A stretch of 33,184 bases of DNA from an uncultured Candidatus Saccharibacteria bacterium (GCA_964388095.1 CAYLYL010000002.1:1323-34506); one strand, 5' to 3'. Numbered from the stretch's first letter, positions 9,601 through 19,605 are shown. The notes: generated by a model from the letters alone, not told the origin. A program made the numbers and translations.

Positions 9601-10662
9601 TCACACCTCTTGGGTCTCAAAACACCGCCCGTACTCTTTCAAAGCTACCACCAACAAACTCTCCGCCCACCCTAAAGGAATGTTCTCGTTAGGTTGCGGA
9701 CTATTGCTGTAATAAAGCTCCGGCAGCTTGCCTTCCTCGGTCCGACAAGCCAGTGTCTTGTGCAGATAATGTCGGGCTTTTTCCTGTTCGCCTCGCCTGC
9801 TGTAAATTATAGAAAGCCACGGAAATCCCATCACCCATTCCGCCTCCTCGCTGAAACCATCGTCGTTCTTATTATAATAATAATCATTCTTGTACCTAAT
9901 AACCCCCCGATCCCGGTCAAATTGGTAATGAAGGTTATTTAGGATCTCATCAGCCATTTCCGAGCCGGCTTCATTATAAGGATAGATCAAACTCAACAAT
10001 GCCAGATCGCAGAACTTGCTTTCCGACTCCCGCGGCAACAGATCACGCAAAGTATTTTCGCCGTGTTCGATAAGCTCCGGCGGCACTTGGGCCAGAGATT
10101 GCTCGGAAACCTTCTTTAACCCGGCTACCACCGCTCCGACCGAAGAGGCGTGCACCTCTTCATATTCTTCCCAGATGCCGTTGTCAGGATCGTGCCAGTA
10201 TTCAATTGAAGCCACATAATCAACCAATATCTGAACCATTTCATAATCAACCGGATCATTGACCACGCTTTGCCCCAGTTCAGTTAAGTGCCCCAGTTTG
10301 AACAGTATTGCTCCTACTGCATCATTTTGCTTGTTGCCCCACTCCTCCCAGAACTCATCAAAGGTTTCCGGATGATAACGGGCGTGGATATACTGCCAGG
10401 TCTCCAACGGGCGATTTTCCGCCGCCCACTGGATCTTGCCGCGATGTTTTTCAAAGATGTGTAAAATAGCCCGCCAGGCCTGGTGAACAACTTCCCAATC
10501 CCCGGTCTCCTCAAAAGCCATTACGGTATAAAAATTATCCCGGAGCCAGGCCTTATCATAGCCGGTTTCCACCCCCTGCGCCGAAGCCAGAAACAGTCCG
10601 CCGGAACTTTGTAGCTCGCGAATATATTCAAGATGTTGTTTTACCGTTGCTTCTATATCCAT
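9601..10662 (-). CDS. Glycoside hydrolase family 15 (glucoamylase-like), catalytic domain only
   Basis: It contains GYDKAWLRDNFY, GIWEEYEEVHASSVG (the GH15 WEE acid-catalyst context) and LPELY...PLGWAESL, consistent with an alpha/alpha-toroid signature. Confidence 0.6.
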   Translation of the reverse strand: MDIEATVKQHLEYIRELQSSGGLFLASAQGVETGYDKAWLRDNFYTVMAFEETGDWEVVHQAWRAILHIFEKHRGKIQWAAENRPLETWQYIHARYHPETFDEFWEEWGNKQNDAVGAILFKLGHLTELGQSVVNDPVDYEMVQILVDYVASIEYWHDPDNGIWEEYEEVHASSVGAVVAGLKKVSEQSLAQVPPELIEHGENTLRDLLPRESESKFCDLALLSLIYPYNEAGSEMADEILNNLHYQFDRDRGVIRYKNDYYYNKNDDGFSEEAEWVMGFPWLSIIYSRRGEQEKARHYLHKTLACRTEEGKLPELYYSNSPQPNENIPLGWAESLLVVALKEYGRCFETQEV

Positions 10663-10667
10663 ACCTA

Positions 10668-10985
10668 TTATTCATTATCACTATCCGAACCAATTTGAGA
10701 CCATTCCGTTTTTGCTCGCTGCAACAGATCCTCAATATAGGGCTTCTGTCTTTTGATAACATCAAACAACTCCGGAAGGTTCTTTTTGATATCAATAAGC
10801 ACCCGCAGTCGGGCCTCTTCTTTGCATAAAAAATCAACCAGCTTTACAGCGGTTTTTTCTTGGTAATAGGCACCGTCATCGGAGCGGATCTCTTCCAGCA
10901 TCTTTTCGGCCTCCTCCTTTTCCAGCTGATTTTTGGCCAACAGGAACTCCAGCTCATCCTTCACCTGATACTTCTTTTTCTCCAT
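10668..10985 (-). CDS. Hypothetical coiled-coil protein (105 aa)
   Basis: An ATG ORF, charged and helical, tightly packed with its neighbours. Confidence 0.45.
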   Translation of the reverse strand: MEKKKYQVKDELEFLLAKNQLEKEEAEKMLEEIRSDDGAYYQEKTAVKLVDFLCKEEARLRVLIDIKKNLPELFDVIKRQKPYIEDLLQRAKTEWSQIGSDSDNE

Positions 10986-10994
10986 AGATCTGTC

Positions 10995-11204
10995 TTAATT
11001 ATGATGAGTCAACAAACATTTATAACCCTCATCAGCCAGATATTGATTCACTCTTTCTTCCCATTCCTTACTCGTTGAAAGTATCAATTTCTCTCTTATT
11101 CCAGTGTTATTTTCTGCATGCCACTCAGTATTCGGAGTTTGTAGCTGTCCCAGTTCTTGATCGAATTCTTGAGAGGTATTGTTTCCTACATTTACATTTT
11201 CCAT
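10995..11204 (-). CDS. Hypothetical small protein (69 aa)
   Basis: An ATG ORF 9 nt upstream of the next gene. Confidence 0.35.
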   Translation of the reverse strand: MENVNVGNNTSQEFDQELGQLQTPNTEWHAENNTGIREKLILSTSKEWEERVNQYLADEGYKCLLTHHN

Positions 11205-11288
11205 AGTAATTGAAATTATTAATTCTAGTAAATGATCAGTGACTTGGATCTTTGAGCTACAGCCGAATTTCTAAGCATCAGTGAATGA

Positions 11289-11852
11289 TCAGCTGCCGAT
11301 GAACGACCCCCGTTCCAGTGCCTTTCCTTTAGGAGTCTCTCCCGGCAACGGTTCTTCTTCATCATCGTTTTCCTCCTCGGGTTGATCTAAGATCAACTCC
11401 AAAGTTACCGGCTCACCGTCAAAATAGGCCTCGCTACTGAACTCCGCCTCTTCCGAAGCCGGTATCTCCAGCGAGAAATTCCGCGCAGTGGTAACCTCTT
11501 CACACACTCGGTCTCCCACCTCAACCCAGGATTCGAACTCCAGTGTTACTAACTCCGGGTCACTTTCTGCAGTTTGATACAGCTCATCTATATAATGACA
11601 AGGGGTTGGTACATCAATACTACCTTCCACAATATGCATTCCGTCACTAAAGAAATGTTCCGCCTCGATCACCTCCGGCGGCTCCATGGGGTCCGGCTCT
11701 TCGATCTCCTCCTCTTCTTCTTCGTCATTTACTACCATTTCTTCCTCTTCCTCCGGTTCGGTATCTTGGAGCTGTAAATAAACGATCGCTCCTCCACCGA
11801 TCAGCAGAAGAATTATTATCACCACTATGGTTATTACTCCGGCTTTGTTCAT
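11289..11852 (-). CDS. Membrane-anchored, highly acidic extracytoplasmic protein
   Basis: It has an N-terminal TM helix (GVITIVVIIILLLIGGGAIVYL) followed by poly-E/D linkers flanking a folded region. Confidence 0.55.
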   Translation of the reverse strand: MNKAGVITIVVIIILLLIGGGAIVYLQLQDTEPEEEEEMVVNDEEEEEEIEEPDPMEPPEVIEAEHFFSDGMHIVEGSIDVPTPCHYIDELYQTAESDPELVTLEFESWVEVGDRVCEEVTTARNFSLEIPASEEAEFSSEAYFDGEPVTLELILDQPEEENDDEEEPLPGETPKGKALERGSFIGS

Positions 11853-11923
11853 ATTTTAATTAGTTATCTTGTATGTTCTCATTATAACACAGATAATGTT
11901 TTCCACAATTAACACTCTCCCTG

Positions 11924-12589
11924 CTAAACCACTGAACCCGGGCTCAAACTGCCCCAGATCCCCAGAGGTTGAACATCATAAAACAAATGCAATAGATAAG
12001 TGGTTAAATACACCTCAATTACCGCCGCCACCAAAAGCACCAAGGCCAGTATCGCAAATATGACCAACATCTCTTTGGCCGCCTCTTTCCATTTAAAATC
12101 GCTTCTGTTGAACAATAGCCGCCATCCGGCCAATAAACCCACACCGGCACCGATTAAAACGGCCGGCAACTCCAACACTCCATGCGGCAAAACTCCGGTA
12201 AAAAAGAGGCCGGCGTTGCCGTTAGCTACCGCTTCGCCCATCAAAACTCCGATCACCAGCCCGTTTCCCATCAGGATAAATAACGGAATAATACCAAAAA
12301 GCAAACCTCCCCACATTATCAGCGCTAAGGTAATACTGTTATTGACAAAAATAAACGCAGCTATCAACGAAGGAGGTAATTGTTCTATTGTTTCCACAAC
12401 TTCCCCCATTTCCTCATAAACTTCTCCCACTATCTGCGGCTGAACCATTCCAATGTACGCCCCCAACCAAATAAATAGCAAGAACCAAATCGTGGCCGCC
12501 AACACGAACGGTAGCAATATCCGATACTTTTGACGCCATCCGATACTATCCCCCTTTTCCACAGACTTGATTATTGATGAGTTATTCAT
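11924..12589 (-). CDS. Stage II sporulation protein M-like (SpoIIM/DUF95) membrane protein
   Basis: It contains FVNNSITLALIMWGGLLFGIIPLFILMGNGLVIG...LPHGVLELPAVLIGAGVG, which is typical of DUF95. The ATG at 12589 is preferred over the upstream non-ATG start at 12646. Confidence 0.55.
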   Translation of the reverse strand: MNNSSIIKSVEKGDSIGWRQKYRILLPFVLAATIWFLLFIWLGAYIGMVQPQIVGEVYEEMGEVVETIEQLPPSLIAAFIFVNNSITLALIMWGGLLFGIIPLFILMGNGLVIGVLMGEAVANGNAGLFFTGVLPHGVLELPAVLIGAGVGLLAGWRLLFNRSDFKWKEAAKEMLVIFAILALVLLVAAVIEVYLTTYLLHLFYDVQPLGIWGSLSPGSVV

Positions 12590-12673
12590 AAAATAAGATC
12601 TCTTGAACACAAAATCGCGAGTCAAACTTAGTATTAAGTTTAACACTTTCTGGTATTTTATACCAGATTTTTT

Positions 12674-12708
12674 AAACCAAAACCCCGGCTTAGCCGGGGT
12701 TTTGGTTT
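12674..12708 (-). terminator. Strong hairpin (16-bp stem), intrinsic terminator
   Basis: AAACCAAAACCCCGGC-tta-GCCGGGGTTTTGGTTT lies 25 nt after the stop of the acidic-protein gene. Confidence 0.7.
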
Positions 12709-12732
12709 ATCTAACACTCAAGCCGTGTCGTT

Positions 12733-13128
12733 TTACTCTTCGTCGCCCTCGCCTTCGTCCTCGTCTTCATCTTCCTCCTCGCCTTCATCTTCTTCCTCTT
12801 CTTCTTCATCATCATCTTCCTCGTCCTCATCTTCTTCGTCATCATTGACCGGCTCTTCTACCGGATCAGGTTCAGGAGCCGGATCATCATTGGGCTGCGG
12901 CTCTTCACCTCCACCGGCGACCAACATCAAAGCGATTGCCGCAATGATGGCCACGATCAAAATGATGAGAATGGTGTTCATAGAACTTTGCTCTTCAGCC
13001 GCCGGTTGATCGGCTTGCTCAGCGGAACTTTCTCCTCCTTCCGGATGACCTTCAGAGGACTCTTGATGTTCTTCTACGCCTTCATGGTTTTCATCATGAT
13101 CGAAGTTATGATTTTCTTCTGGTGCCAT
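12733..13128 (-). CDS. Single-TM protein with acidic/His-rich N-terminus and a poly-Asp/Glu C-terminal tail
   Basis: Starting from the ATG at 13128 the protein reads MAPEENHNFDHDENHEG..., then a TM helix (ILIILIVAIIAAIALMLVAGG), then about 45 residues of almost pure D/E. The upstream extension to 13266 looks non-coding. Confidence 0.5.
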   Translation of the reverse strand: MAPEENHNFDHDENHEGVEEHQESSEGHPEGGESSAEQADQPAAEEQSSMNTILIILIVAIIAAIALMLVAGGGEEPQPNDDPAPEPDPVEEPVNDDEEDEDEEDDDEEEEEEDEGEEEDEDEDEGEGDEE

Positions 13129-13501
13129 ATTATTTATATTATTACTTCTAATATCTTCATTATACAACAAACCTCTGCACGGTTTCAAACTCTGCTTGTG
13201 TATAGTTAACATCACCCCTGCCATATATTTCACGCCACCACACAGATATCCCCCCATAGTTCCCAAAATTAGGCGTTTATATCACTTCATAAGGAAACAT
13301 CTCTTGAAAAGAGAACACAAAAAACAGAGTTCAATTGAAGTTAATATGTTTTGCCAAGCCCCAAAATTTGAATTAAAAAAAGGAAGTATCTGCATTCGGT
13401 GAATAGCAGTGGTGTAATTAATTTCCGGCCGATCACTTGCAGAGTTTCAACGGTTTTACCACCTGCCGGTCTTTAACTTAACTATCCGGAATATGTTCTT
13501 T

Positions 13502-15307
13502 TTATTCATCTGCTAAGTTGTCGTCATAACTATCCGACCCGAACTGAAGTTGGTACAGACGGCGATACTCACCGTCGGGCCGGTTTATTAGATCTTCGTG
13601 ACAACCGCTTTCCACTATCTGTCCATCTTTCAATACCAGTATTTTATCGGCCCAGCGGACAGTGCTAAGTCGGTGAGCGATAATAAAGGTGGTTCGCCCT
13701 TGCATCAATTCCTCTAACGAGGCCTCCAATCTCTTTTCGGTAGCGGCGTCCAGTTCCGAAGTGGGCTCATCCAGGATCAGGATAGCCGGGTCACGCAATA
13801 TAGCTCGCGCAATAGCCACCCGTTGCCGCTGACCTCCCGAGAGCTGAATACCACGTTGTCCTACTCGCTGTTTCCATTTTTTGGGGAAATTCTCTATTTC
13901 CCGCTCCAGTTGAGCCATTTGCGCCGCCTGTTTAATATCTTCCAGTGTGGCCCGACGGTTACCATAAGCAATATTGCGGGTAATAGTGTCATTAAAAAGT
14001 ACGATGTCCTGTGATACCACCGCGATCTGTTGACGAAGAGTTTTAAGATCCCAGCGCCTAACAGTTACCCCGTCCACCGATACTCGTCCGCGGCGCGGAA
14101 AGTAATAGCCGGAGATCATTTCCACCAAAGTAGATTTACCGACTCCGGACTCCCCCACCAACGCCACCGTCTCGCCGGGTGATGCGCTGAAAGAAACCTC
14201 CCGGAGTACCGGCCGATCAGCGGTATAACCGAACGTTACTTTATCAAAAACCACTTCACCGCGAACCGAAGGAAGCGAGCGATCCACCGGCGGCCGGTAA
14301 GGTTCCGGTTTGATAGCCAGTATCCGTTCCGCCTCGCTTACATCAATAATACCGTTCTGAATATGCTGCCATTGCTGCCCCAGTCGCACAAAGGGATTAA
14401 AAGCGAGTGCAATATAAGCATTAACCGCCACCAACTCCCCTACTGTCAACGATCCGTCGGCAACAAAAATAATAGACAGTCCAAAGATACCGGCCTGAGT
14501 TAAAGCAACTATGATCTGCTGGGCAAAAGAAAGATGTGCCCAGCTCTGAAGCATTCGTACCCACAGATTGCGATTGGCATACTGGAACATGCGCGAATAT
14601 CTCTGCCTTTCGTACTCTTCGGCAGTAGCCTGCTTTACCTGCAACGCATTCATCATAGCGTCAAAAGCTCGTCCGAAAGCGGCCGAAAAACTCTTAAAGA
14701 GCTTACGCTGCAAACCGGCCAGCGGACGAGCTTGGCGATACATAACCAGCAAGTAGACCAGAATGCTGACGATCAATATTGCGGCAAATAACGGCTGGAT
14801 CCAAAAAACCAACACCAAAGCCACTATAATACTCATAAACTGCGGTAAGAGATCGAATATGATCTCGCCATAAAAGCGCTCCAGTTTGCTGCCGGCCATA
14901 TCGATCTTGCGCGCCACTGAACCGGACTTTTCTTTTTTATGAAACGACATCGGCAGATAAAGAATGTGACTAAATCCGCGAGTAAAATAATCAAAGAACA
15001 CTCCGGCTCCCACTTCGGCGCTTTTGATCTTAATGAACCAATCAGTGACCGTTACTGCAAGCTGAATCACCAACCAAACAACCAAAATTACCCAGGGTAA
15101 AAGTATGGTATAAGCACCGATAGCTACCGGCTCCGGTTCAATTATGGCGTCGATCAAGGCGCCGGACAGGTAAGGTACGGCGGCATTGGCCAAAGCCGAA
15201 AAGACAGCCAAGCCGGTGATCAACCGGATCAACCGCCGGTAGCGATGGTTATAATGCCGGATCAGTCGAATTAAGTTCTTAAATTTTTTACCGGTTACTC
15301 GAGCCAT
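13502..15307 (-). CDS. ABC transporter, fused permease/ATP-binding protein (MsbA-like type I exporter)
   Basis: It has 6 predicted TM helices, Walker A (GESGVGKST), the ABC signature (LSGGQRQR) and Walker B (ILILDEPTS). Confidence 0.9.
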   Translation of the reverse strand: MARVTGKKFKNLIRLIRHYNHRYRRLIRLITGLAVFSALANAAVPYLSGALIDAIIEPEPVAIGAYTILLPWVILVVWLVIQLAVTVTDWFIKIKSAEVGAGVFFDYFTRGFSHILYLPMSFHKKEKSGSVARKIDMAGSKLERFYGEIIFDLLPQFMSIIVALVLVFWIQPLFAAILIVSILVYLLVMYRQARPLAGLQRKLFKSFSAAFGRAFDAMMNALQVKQATAEEYERQRYSRMFQYANRNLWVRMLQSWAHLSFAQQIIVALTQAGIFGLSIIFVADGSLTVGELVAVNAYIALAFNPFVRLGQQWQHIQNGIIDVSEAERILAIKPEPYRPPVDRSLPSVRGEVVFDKVTFGYTADRPVLREVSFSASPGETVALVGESGVGKSTLVEMISGYYFPRRGRVSVDGVTVRRWDLKTLRQQIAVVSQDIVLFNDTITRNIAYGNRRATLEDIKQAAQMAQLEREIENFPKKWKQRVGQRGIQLSGGQRQRVAIARAILRDPAILILDEPTSELDAATEKRLEASLEELMQGRTTFIIAHRLSTVRWADKILVLKDGQIVESGCHEDLINRPDGEYRRLYQLQFGSDSYDDNLADE

Positions 15308-15412
15308 AATGATCAATTAGCAACAACCGCCTCTCTAAGAAGAAAGCGGTTCGGCACACCAAACAGGTGGCAAGTTGAATTTACGAACTTACCCTCCTTC
15401 TGTTGGCTTATT

Positions 15413-16405
15413 TTAAGTATTAACAGATGCCAGTCCGATCTTCTCCCGCACTTCGGCCATTTTCTCGGCCGCTTCCCGGCGGGCGGATCGCGCCCCTTTA
15501 GCCAGCACCTCCCGTACTAATTCCGGCTGTTCTTCGATCTCCCGCCTTTTCTCTCTCAGGGGTCTGATAACATTTTCTATACTCTCCATTAATCTCTCTT
15601 TAGATTCTTTATAGCTCAAACCGCCTTCCCGGTATCCTTGAGTTATCTCGGCCAGCTGCAGCGGAGGCGTAAAGAAAGTGTGAAGCTTATAGACTATGTC
15701 CTCGGTATAATCCACTTTCGGCTGATGAACCGGCTGTGAATCGGTGGGGATGCTCATCACCGCTTCCCTTATCTCTTCCTTATCGGCATCCATCCGGATG
15801 AAATTGTGATAGCTTTTGCTCATTTTCCGGCCGTCGATCCCGGGTACTTCGCCGGAATCTTCCATGATCAACGGCTCGGGTAACTTGAAGGTGGTTCCAT
15901 AACGAAGATTGAATTTCTCGGCAAAATCCCGTGCATATTCGACATGCTGTTTCTGATCCCGACCCACCGGTACCACGTCAGTATCATAAAGAATAATATC
16001 GGCGGCCATTAGTACGGGGTAATTGAATACGCCGGCATTGACCTCCTCGCCTTTCTGTCGGGCATCCTTATAAGCATGAGCCCGTAACAGATAAGACACC
16101 GGCACCACATTATTCAAGATGGACTGCAGCTCGGTATGCTCCGGAACCTGCGACTGGCGGTAGATACAAACCTTCTCCGGATCCAAACCCAGAGCCAGAT
16201 AATCAATAGCTATCTCCCGCGAAAGTTCCTGCATCCGGTCCGGATCATAGATCGAGTTCAGTGCATGCAGATCGGCTATAAATATCTTAATATCATGACT
16301 CTCTTGCAGATCAACAAACTGCCTCATAGCACCCAAATAAGTACCCAAATGACAACGACCGGTTGGTTTCACCCCGGAAAGCATTTTTTTGTTTGGTTGT
16401 TTCAT
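15413..16405 (-). CDS. trpS: Tryptophan--tRNA ligase
   Basis: The 330 aa product has an N-terminal GVKPTG..HLGTYLGA (HIGH-type) motif and an exact KMSKS motif. Confidence 0.92.
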   Translation of the reverse strand: MKQPNKKMLSGVKPTGRCHLGTYLGAMRQFVDLQESHDIKIFIADLHALNSIYDPDRMQELSREIAIDYLALGLDPEKVCIYRQSQVPEHTELQSILNNVVPVSYLLRAHAYKDARQKGEEVNAGVFNYPVLMAADIILYDTDVVPVGRDQKQHVEYARDFAEKFNLRYGTTFKLPEPLIMEDSGEVPGIDGRKMSKSYHNFIRMDADKEEIREAVMSIPTDSQPVHQPKVDYTEDIVYKLHTFFTPPLQLAEITQGYREGGLSYKESKERLMESIENVIRPLREKRREIEEQPELVREVLAKGARSARREAAEKMAEVREKIGLASVNT

Positions 16406-16740
16406 AATAGCTTTGTTATTTAATGCAGTTCATTTTACCAACCTTTCCCTTTCCGCGCAATTGCAAATACTGTCCTAAAATTAACGGGTTGTATCTAACT
16501 TCCGGCTTCCTGCTACTCAATCTTAAATTTATTTCCAAGCTTTGACTCTCTGGCCCCGGTTTTAGGTAAAAGAAATTTAAGTTTAACTAATTACTATTAC
16601 AATCAATTACTCTGCGGCATAGGCCACAGAATATGTAGGAATAAACAAAAATAACCGCTGAGCAAATTAAAACCGCCTAAAACCACTCGTAAAAATTATT
16701 CCTTTTATATAGATCATTCTATCTCGTCTGCTTACTTTTT

Positions 16741-18117
16741 TTATTCCTCCTGCAACTGCTCACAGGGCGAATTACCTTGTCCCCTTTCTCTATACTCCAA
16801 ACCGCTTAACCCTTCCTCCGGCATGTGGGCCGGGCGGGCCTTGCTGAGGTTACCATCGCCGACTATTTCTAATGCTTGACCAAAATGATCAACACACCAC
16901 ATTTTATCAGGTTCATCTAATTCAGCTACCGCCACCCAACCCATTTCTTCGCCATAACAGAGGTCTTCATTATCTTCATTCTTTACGCCAAAACGCGACC
17001 ACGTAGACTCATGTAATTTTTGAAATTCTTGAGCACTTTTATCCGACTGAAGCTTGCAAATACTAATACCGTCTATGACAAAACTTTCATGCTCTGAGTA
17101 AAAAAAATAATTAGCCATATCACGCATATAGGCCATCTCTGACTGTATTCCAGATACATGATATCTATGAACACTGCTCCGAGTTCCCGGATAACTATGA
17201 TCAAAACCCCAAACAAAAACTGCAAATGAGCCGAAAAACAAAGCAAAAACTATAATAATGGACAGCATTTTATAAACAAATGACCTTACTGTTTTATACT
17301 CTTGAGTTAGTAGTTGGAAAAAGGAGACAAGATAAAGCAGAGTGAAAATTCCACCTAAACTGATAAGAGCGGTTTTTGCAACGATCCTGCCGCCGGAAAA
17401 ACAATAGTTCAAATAGGTCGCTAACGAAATTGCGCTCCCTACCAATACAACATAAAAAATGACCGATGAAATTTTTGTTAGCTTGGTTTTAAGTTGTTCT
17501 GAGAGCCTTTTACCTAAATTAATGAAACCAACACCCGCAACGACAGCCAACATCCACCAAACTAAAAAATAAAATAAAATCAAAATATAAGCAGTCACAT
17601 CAACAACCTGATAAGGGGGACCCAAAGAAGGGGACGCTGAACGCACCATATTATCTAATAACAAAACTCCATTGTATATTAATATCAGTAATAAAATATA
17701 AATAACTGTTGTTACTAAGGAGATAACTATCAAGCTCCACCTGTTCTCCTCTCTCCTTCTTAGATCAATATCATAGAGAGGATGAGTTAAGACCCAAGAT
17801 ATGAACCACAACACCAACACAATGACTGCGATAATTGGAACAGATAGAGAAAGTATTCCATATGAGAAACCTCCTACCCACAGCCATAACCAAACGATCA
17901 AAATAACCACTCCGGCAATCAACGGAATGATCAAACCAAAAATATCCCGAATAATTTTTCTTTTCTCGGGATAAGCAAAAGCAAAGCAATAAACCGCTCC
18001 CAAATACGGTATCAGGATCAATCCTCCAAAGGGAAAAAGGAAGAGTGATAAAAATAATAAAATAAATAAAACTGACGATATCAATAAACTTATTATCCCG
18101 AGGGTTTTATAACTCAT
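16741..18117 (-). CDS. Polytopic membrane protein with a ~150 aa soluble C-terminal domain, hypothetical
   Basis: 458 aa with about 9-10 TM helices, followed by a hydrophilic Cys-containing domain. Confidence 0.6.
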   Translation of the reverse strand: MSYKTLGIISLLISSVLFILLFLSLFLFPFGGLILIPYLGAVYCFAFAYPEKRKIIRDIFGLIIPLIAGVVILIVWLWLWVGGFSYGILSLSVPIIAVIVLVLWFISWVLTHPLYDIDLRRREENRWSLIVISLVTTVIYILLLILIYNGVLLLDNMVRSASPSLGPPYQVVDVTAYILILFYFLVWWMLAVVAGVGFINLGKRLSEQLKTKLTKISSVIFYVVLVGSAISLATYLNYCFSGGRIVAKTALISLGGIFTLLYLVSFFQLLTQEYKTVRSFVYKMLSIIIVFALFFGSFAVFVWGFDHSYPGTRSSVHRYHVSGIQSEMAYMRDMANYFFYSEHESFVIDGISICKLQSDKSAQEFQKLHESTWSRFGVKNEDNEDLCYGEEMGWVAVAELDEPDKMWCVDHFGQALEIVGDGNLSKARPAHMPEEGLSGLEYRERGQGNSPCEQLQEE

Positions 18118-18206
18118 AACAGATACTTATTTATAAATTGTCCCTATTGTATTACATAGCAATATCCTTTTTAAGTGTACAACGGGTATTTTTCACTACG
18201 AACCTT

Positions 18207-18836
18207 TTATATCTCAAAGCCGCTTAACCACTCGACCAAAGGAGCTACTACCTCTTCGGTAATATCTTGAGGCGATAATGCACAGTAACACATTACCTGC
18301 TCCTCTATTTCCCCGGCCAAGCGGATAAACTCCTCCGTCCGCGCATTATTCATGCTGCTGCCGGGTTTATTTCGATACCTCGTTTGCGCCTCTTGAAGTC
18401 TGGATTCCAAGGATACTACCCCATCCGGCGCCACCCGTTGATCCGCGTAAGCGCCAATCTTTCGGGCATAGTCATTGCTTTGAGCAGTTTCGGGGTTCTT
18501 GACAAATACCTTGCCTTCCATTAGAGAAAGTTCTCCGTCTGAAAGCCCTAACCCTCGGGCTATGGCCAGCGAAACGACGTGGTCATCATTGCCGTATTGT
18601 GCCTGATACTCAGCACGCACCCGAGCGGTGAGTGAGCTTTCACTCGGATCGGAAGGCATTTTTACCAAATTGCCGATATCGTGAAGCAGCAGCACCCGAA
18701 TAATAGGATTACGGTCCACCGGCGGACCGGACCAATTTTGCAGTATCAATTCCGCCACCCCGGCTACGCGAAGCATATGAAACTGCAGCTGAAGCAGCAC
18801 TCCGTGATGTTGATAAATTTGAGAAACAGTAGCCAT
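18207..18836 (-). CDS. HD-domain phosphohydrolase family protein
   Basis: It has the H...LLHDIGN motif. It is 209 aa. Confidence 0.65.
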   Translation of the reverse strand: MATVSQIYQHHGVLLQLQFHMLRVAGVAELILQNWSGPPVDRNPIIRVLLLHDIGNLVKMPSDPSESSLTARVRAEYQAQYGNDDHVVSLAIARGLGLSDGELSLMEGKVFVKNPETAQSNDYARKIGAYADQRVAPDGVVSLESRLQEAQTRYRNKPGSSMNNARTEEFIRLAGEIEEQVMCYCALSPQDITEEVVAPLVEWLSGFEI

Positions 18837-18855
18837 TATTCAAATTCGGCTCTTT

Positions 18856-19341
18856 CTAGTGATCAGCTTCGAAATCGTTGAGCAGTTTGAGGAACTTTTC
18901 TTGGATCTCTTGCCCGACCATGGTGACGGGAAGTTTTTGTTTTTCTATTATTTCGGGATTATCTATCAGATCGGTGCATCTTGCTAAATAGAAACCTTCA
19001 GGAGTAGCCAAGAAATACCAAACTTTCTTCCATCCTTTTTCCTTGATCTCCCGGGCTTCTTTTTGAATCGTTTGGTAAATTTTCTTACTTTTATATCGGA
19101 CCTCAACAATATAGCCCACTTCCTCCTTCTCTCTGTCCACCAGAACATAGTCAGGCATACTGGTAATATTGGAGAACGCTTCCCGGTCTTTGTTTATCTG
19201 AGTGAGAATATTCACCGTTTTCTCGTATCCAAAAGGGATGACCAGATAACCCCCGGCCTCGGCAAACATACGCTCAAAGACCATTTCCGCGATCCCGCCC
19301 TTGATCAATTTTTTGGAAAAATCATCACTATGGTGATACAT
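18856..19341 (-). CDS. Hypothetical protein with a PD-(D/E)xK nuclease-like motif pattern
   Basis: The order is a helix with Glu (GIAEMVFERMF), a beta strand (YLVIPFG), MPDYVLVD, then YIVEVRYK. This is consistent with a restriction-endonuclease-like fold but not proven. Confidence 0.4.
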   Translation of the reverse strand: MYHHSDDFSKKLIKGGIAEMVFERMFAEAGGYLVIPFGYEKTVNILTQINKDREAFSNITSMPDYVLVDREKEEVGYIVEVRYKSKKIYQTIQKEAREIKEKGWKKVWYFLATPEGFYLARCTDLIDNPEIIEKQKLPVTMVGQEIQEKFLKLLNDFEADH

Positions 19342-19395
19342 AATTATATTTTACACCAGAAACTTCAAAAACAGCCAGTGTATAAATTTGAAACA

Positions 19396-19434
19396 ATGTT
19401 AACATTCAATGCGACCGCATTAGAATGTTAACAT
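19396..19434. promoter_or_regulatory. Long inverted repeat made of two ATGTTAACAT palindromes (an operator or second terminator)
   Basis: The sequence is ATGTTAACATTCAATGCG-AC-CGCATTAGAATGTTAACAT with a 1-nt bulge, and TTTTT follows on the plus strand. It lies 55-93 nt upstream of the 18856-19341 gene. Confidence 0.5.
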
Positions 19435-19521
19435 TTTTGAGCAACCACATTTTTTCCAAGTAGGTTGAACTTAGGTGCTGTTAACAACAGTAGCGGACAA
19501 CTTAAGTAAGATAAATAAACT

Positions 19522-19544
19522 ACCCCGGGCTTATGCCACGGGGT
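19522..19544 (-). terminator. Intrinsic terminator downstream of the 19606-20151 gene
   Basis: An ACCCCGGGC-ttat-GCC(a)CGGGGT hairpin is followed on the minus strand by AGTTTATTTATCTT. Confidence 0.6.
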
Positions 19545-19605
19545 GTTTATACAAAAAAACTTACCAGATAAATTTGAATTGAGTTCGGTTTTTACTTAAC
19601 CTCCC

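Noticed and set aside
11525-11545. GGATTCGAAC, a tRNA T-arm-like string on the reverse strand.
   Set aside because: It lies inside the 11289-11852 coding frame. The flanks do not form a T-stem or any cloverleaf.
12725-13009. Plus-strand ORF encoding a poly-Ser protein, and similar long antisense ORFs (e.g. 3525-4106, 8960-9352, 12000-12419, 22421-22909).
   Set aside because: These are shadow frames opposite strongly supported minus-strand genes (the acidic-tail protein, pilB, membrane proteins and the P-type ATPase). They have low-complexity or implausible composition.
16406-16740. The 335-nt region upstream of trpS could be a tryptophan T-box or attenuator.
   Set aside because: Reading the minus strand I found no GGUGGUACCGCG-like T-box sequence. 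There is no S-turn plus GAA-UGG-A specifier arrangement, no terminator hairpin with a U-run before the ATG, and no Trp-rich leader peptide.
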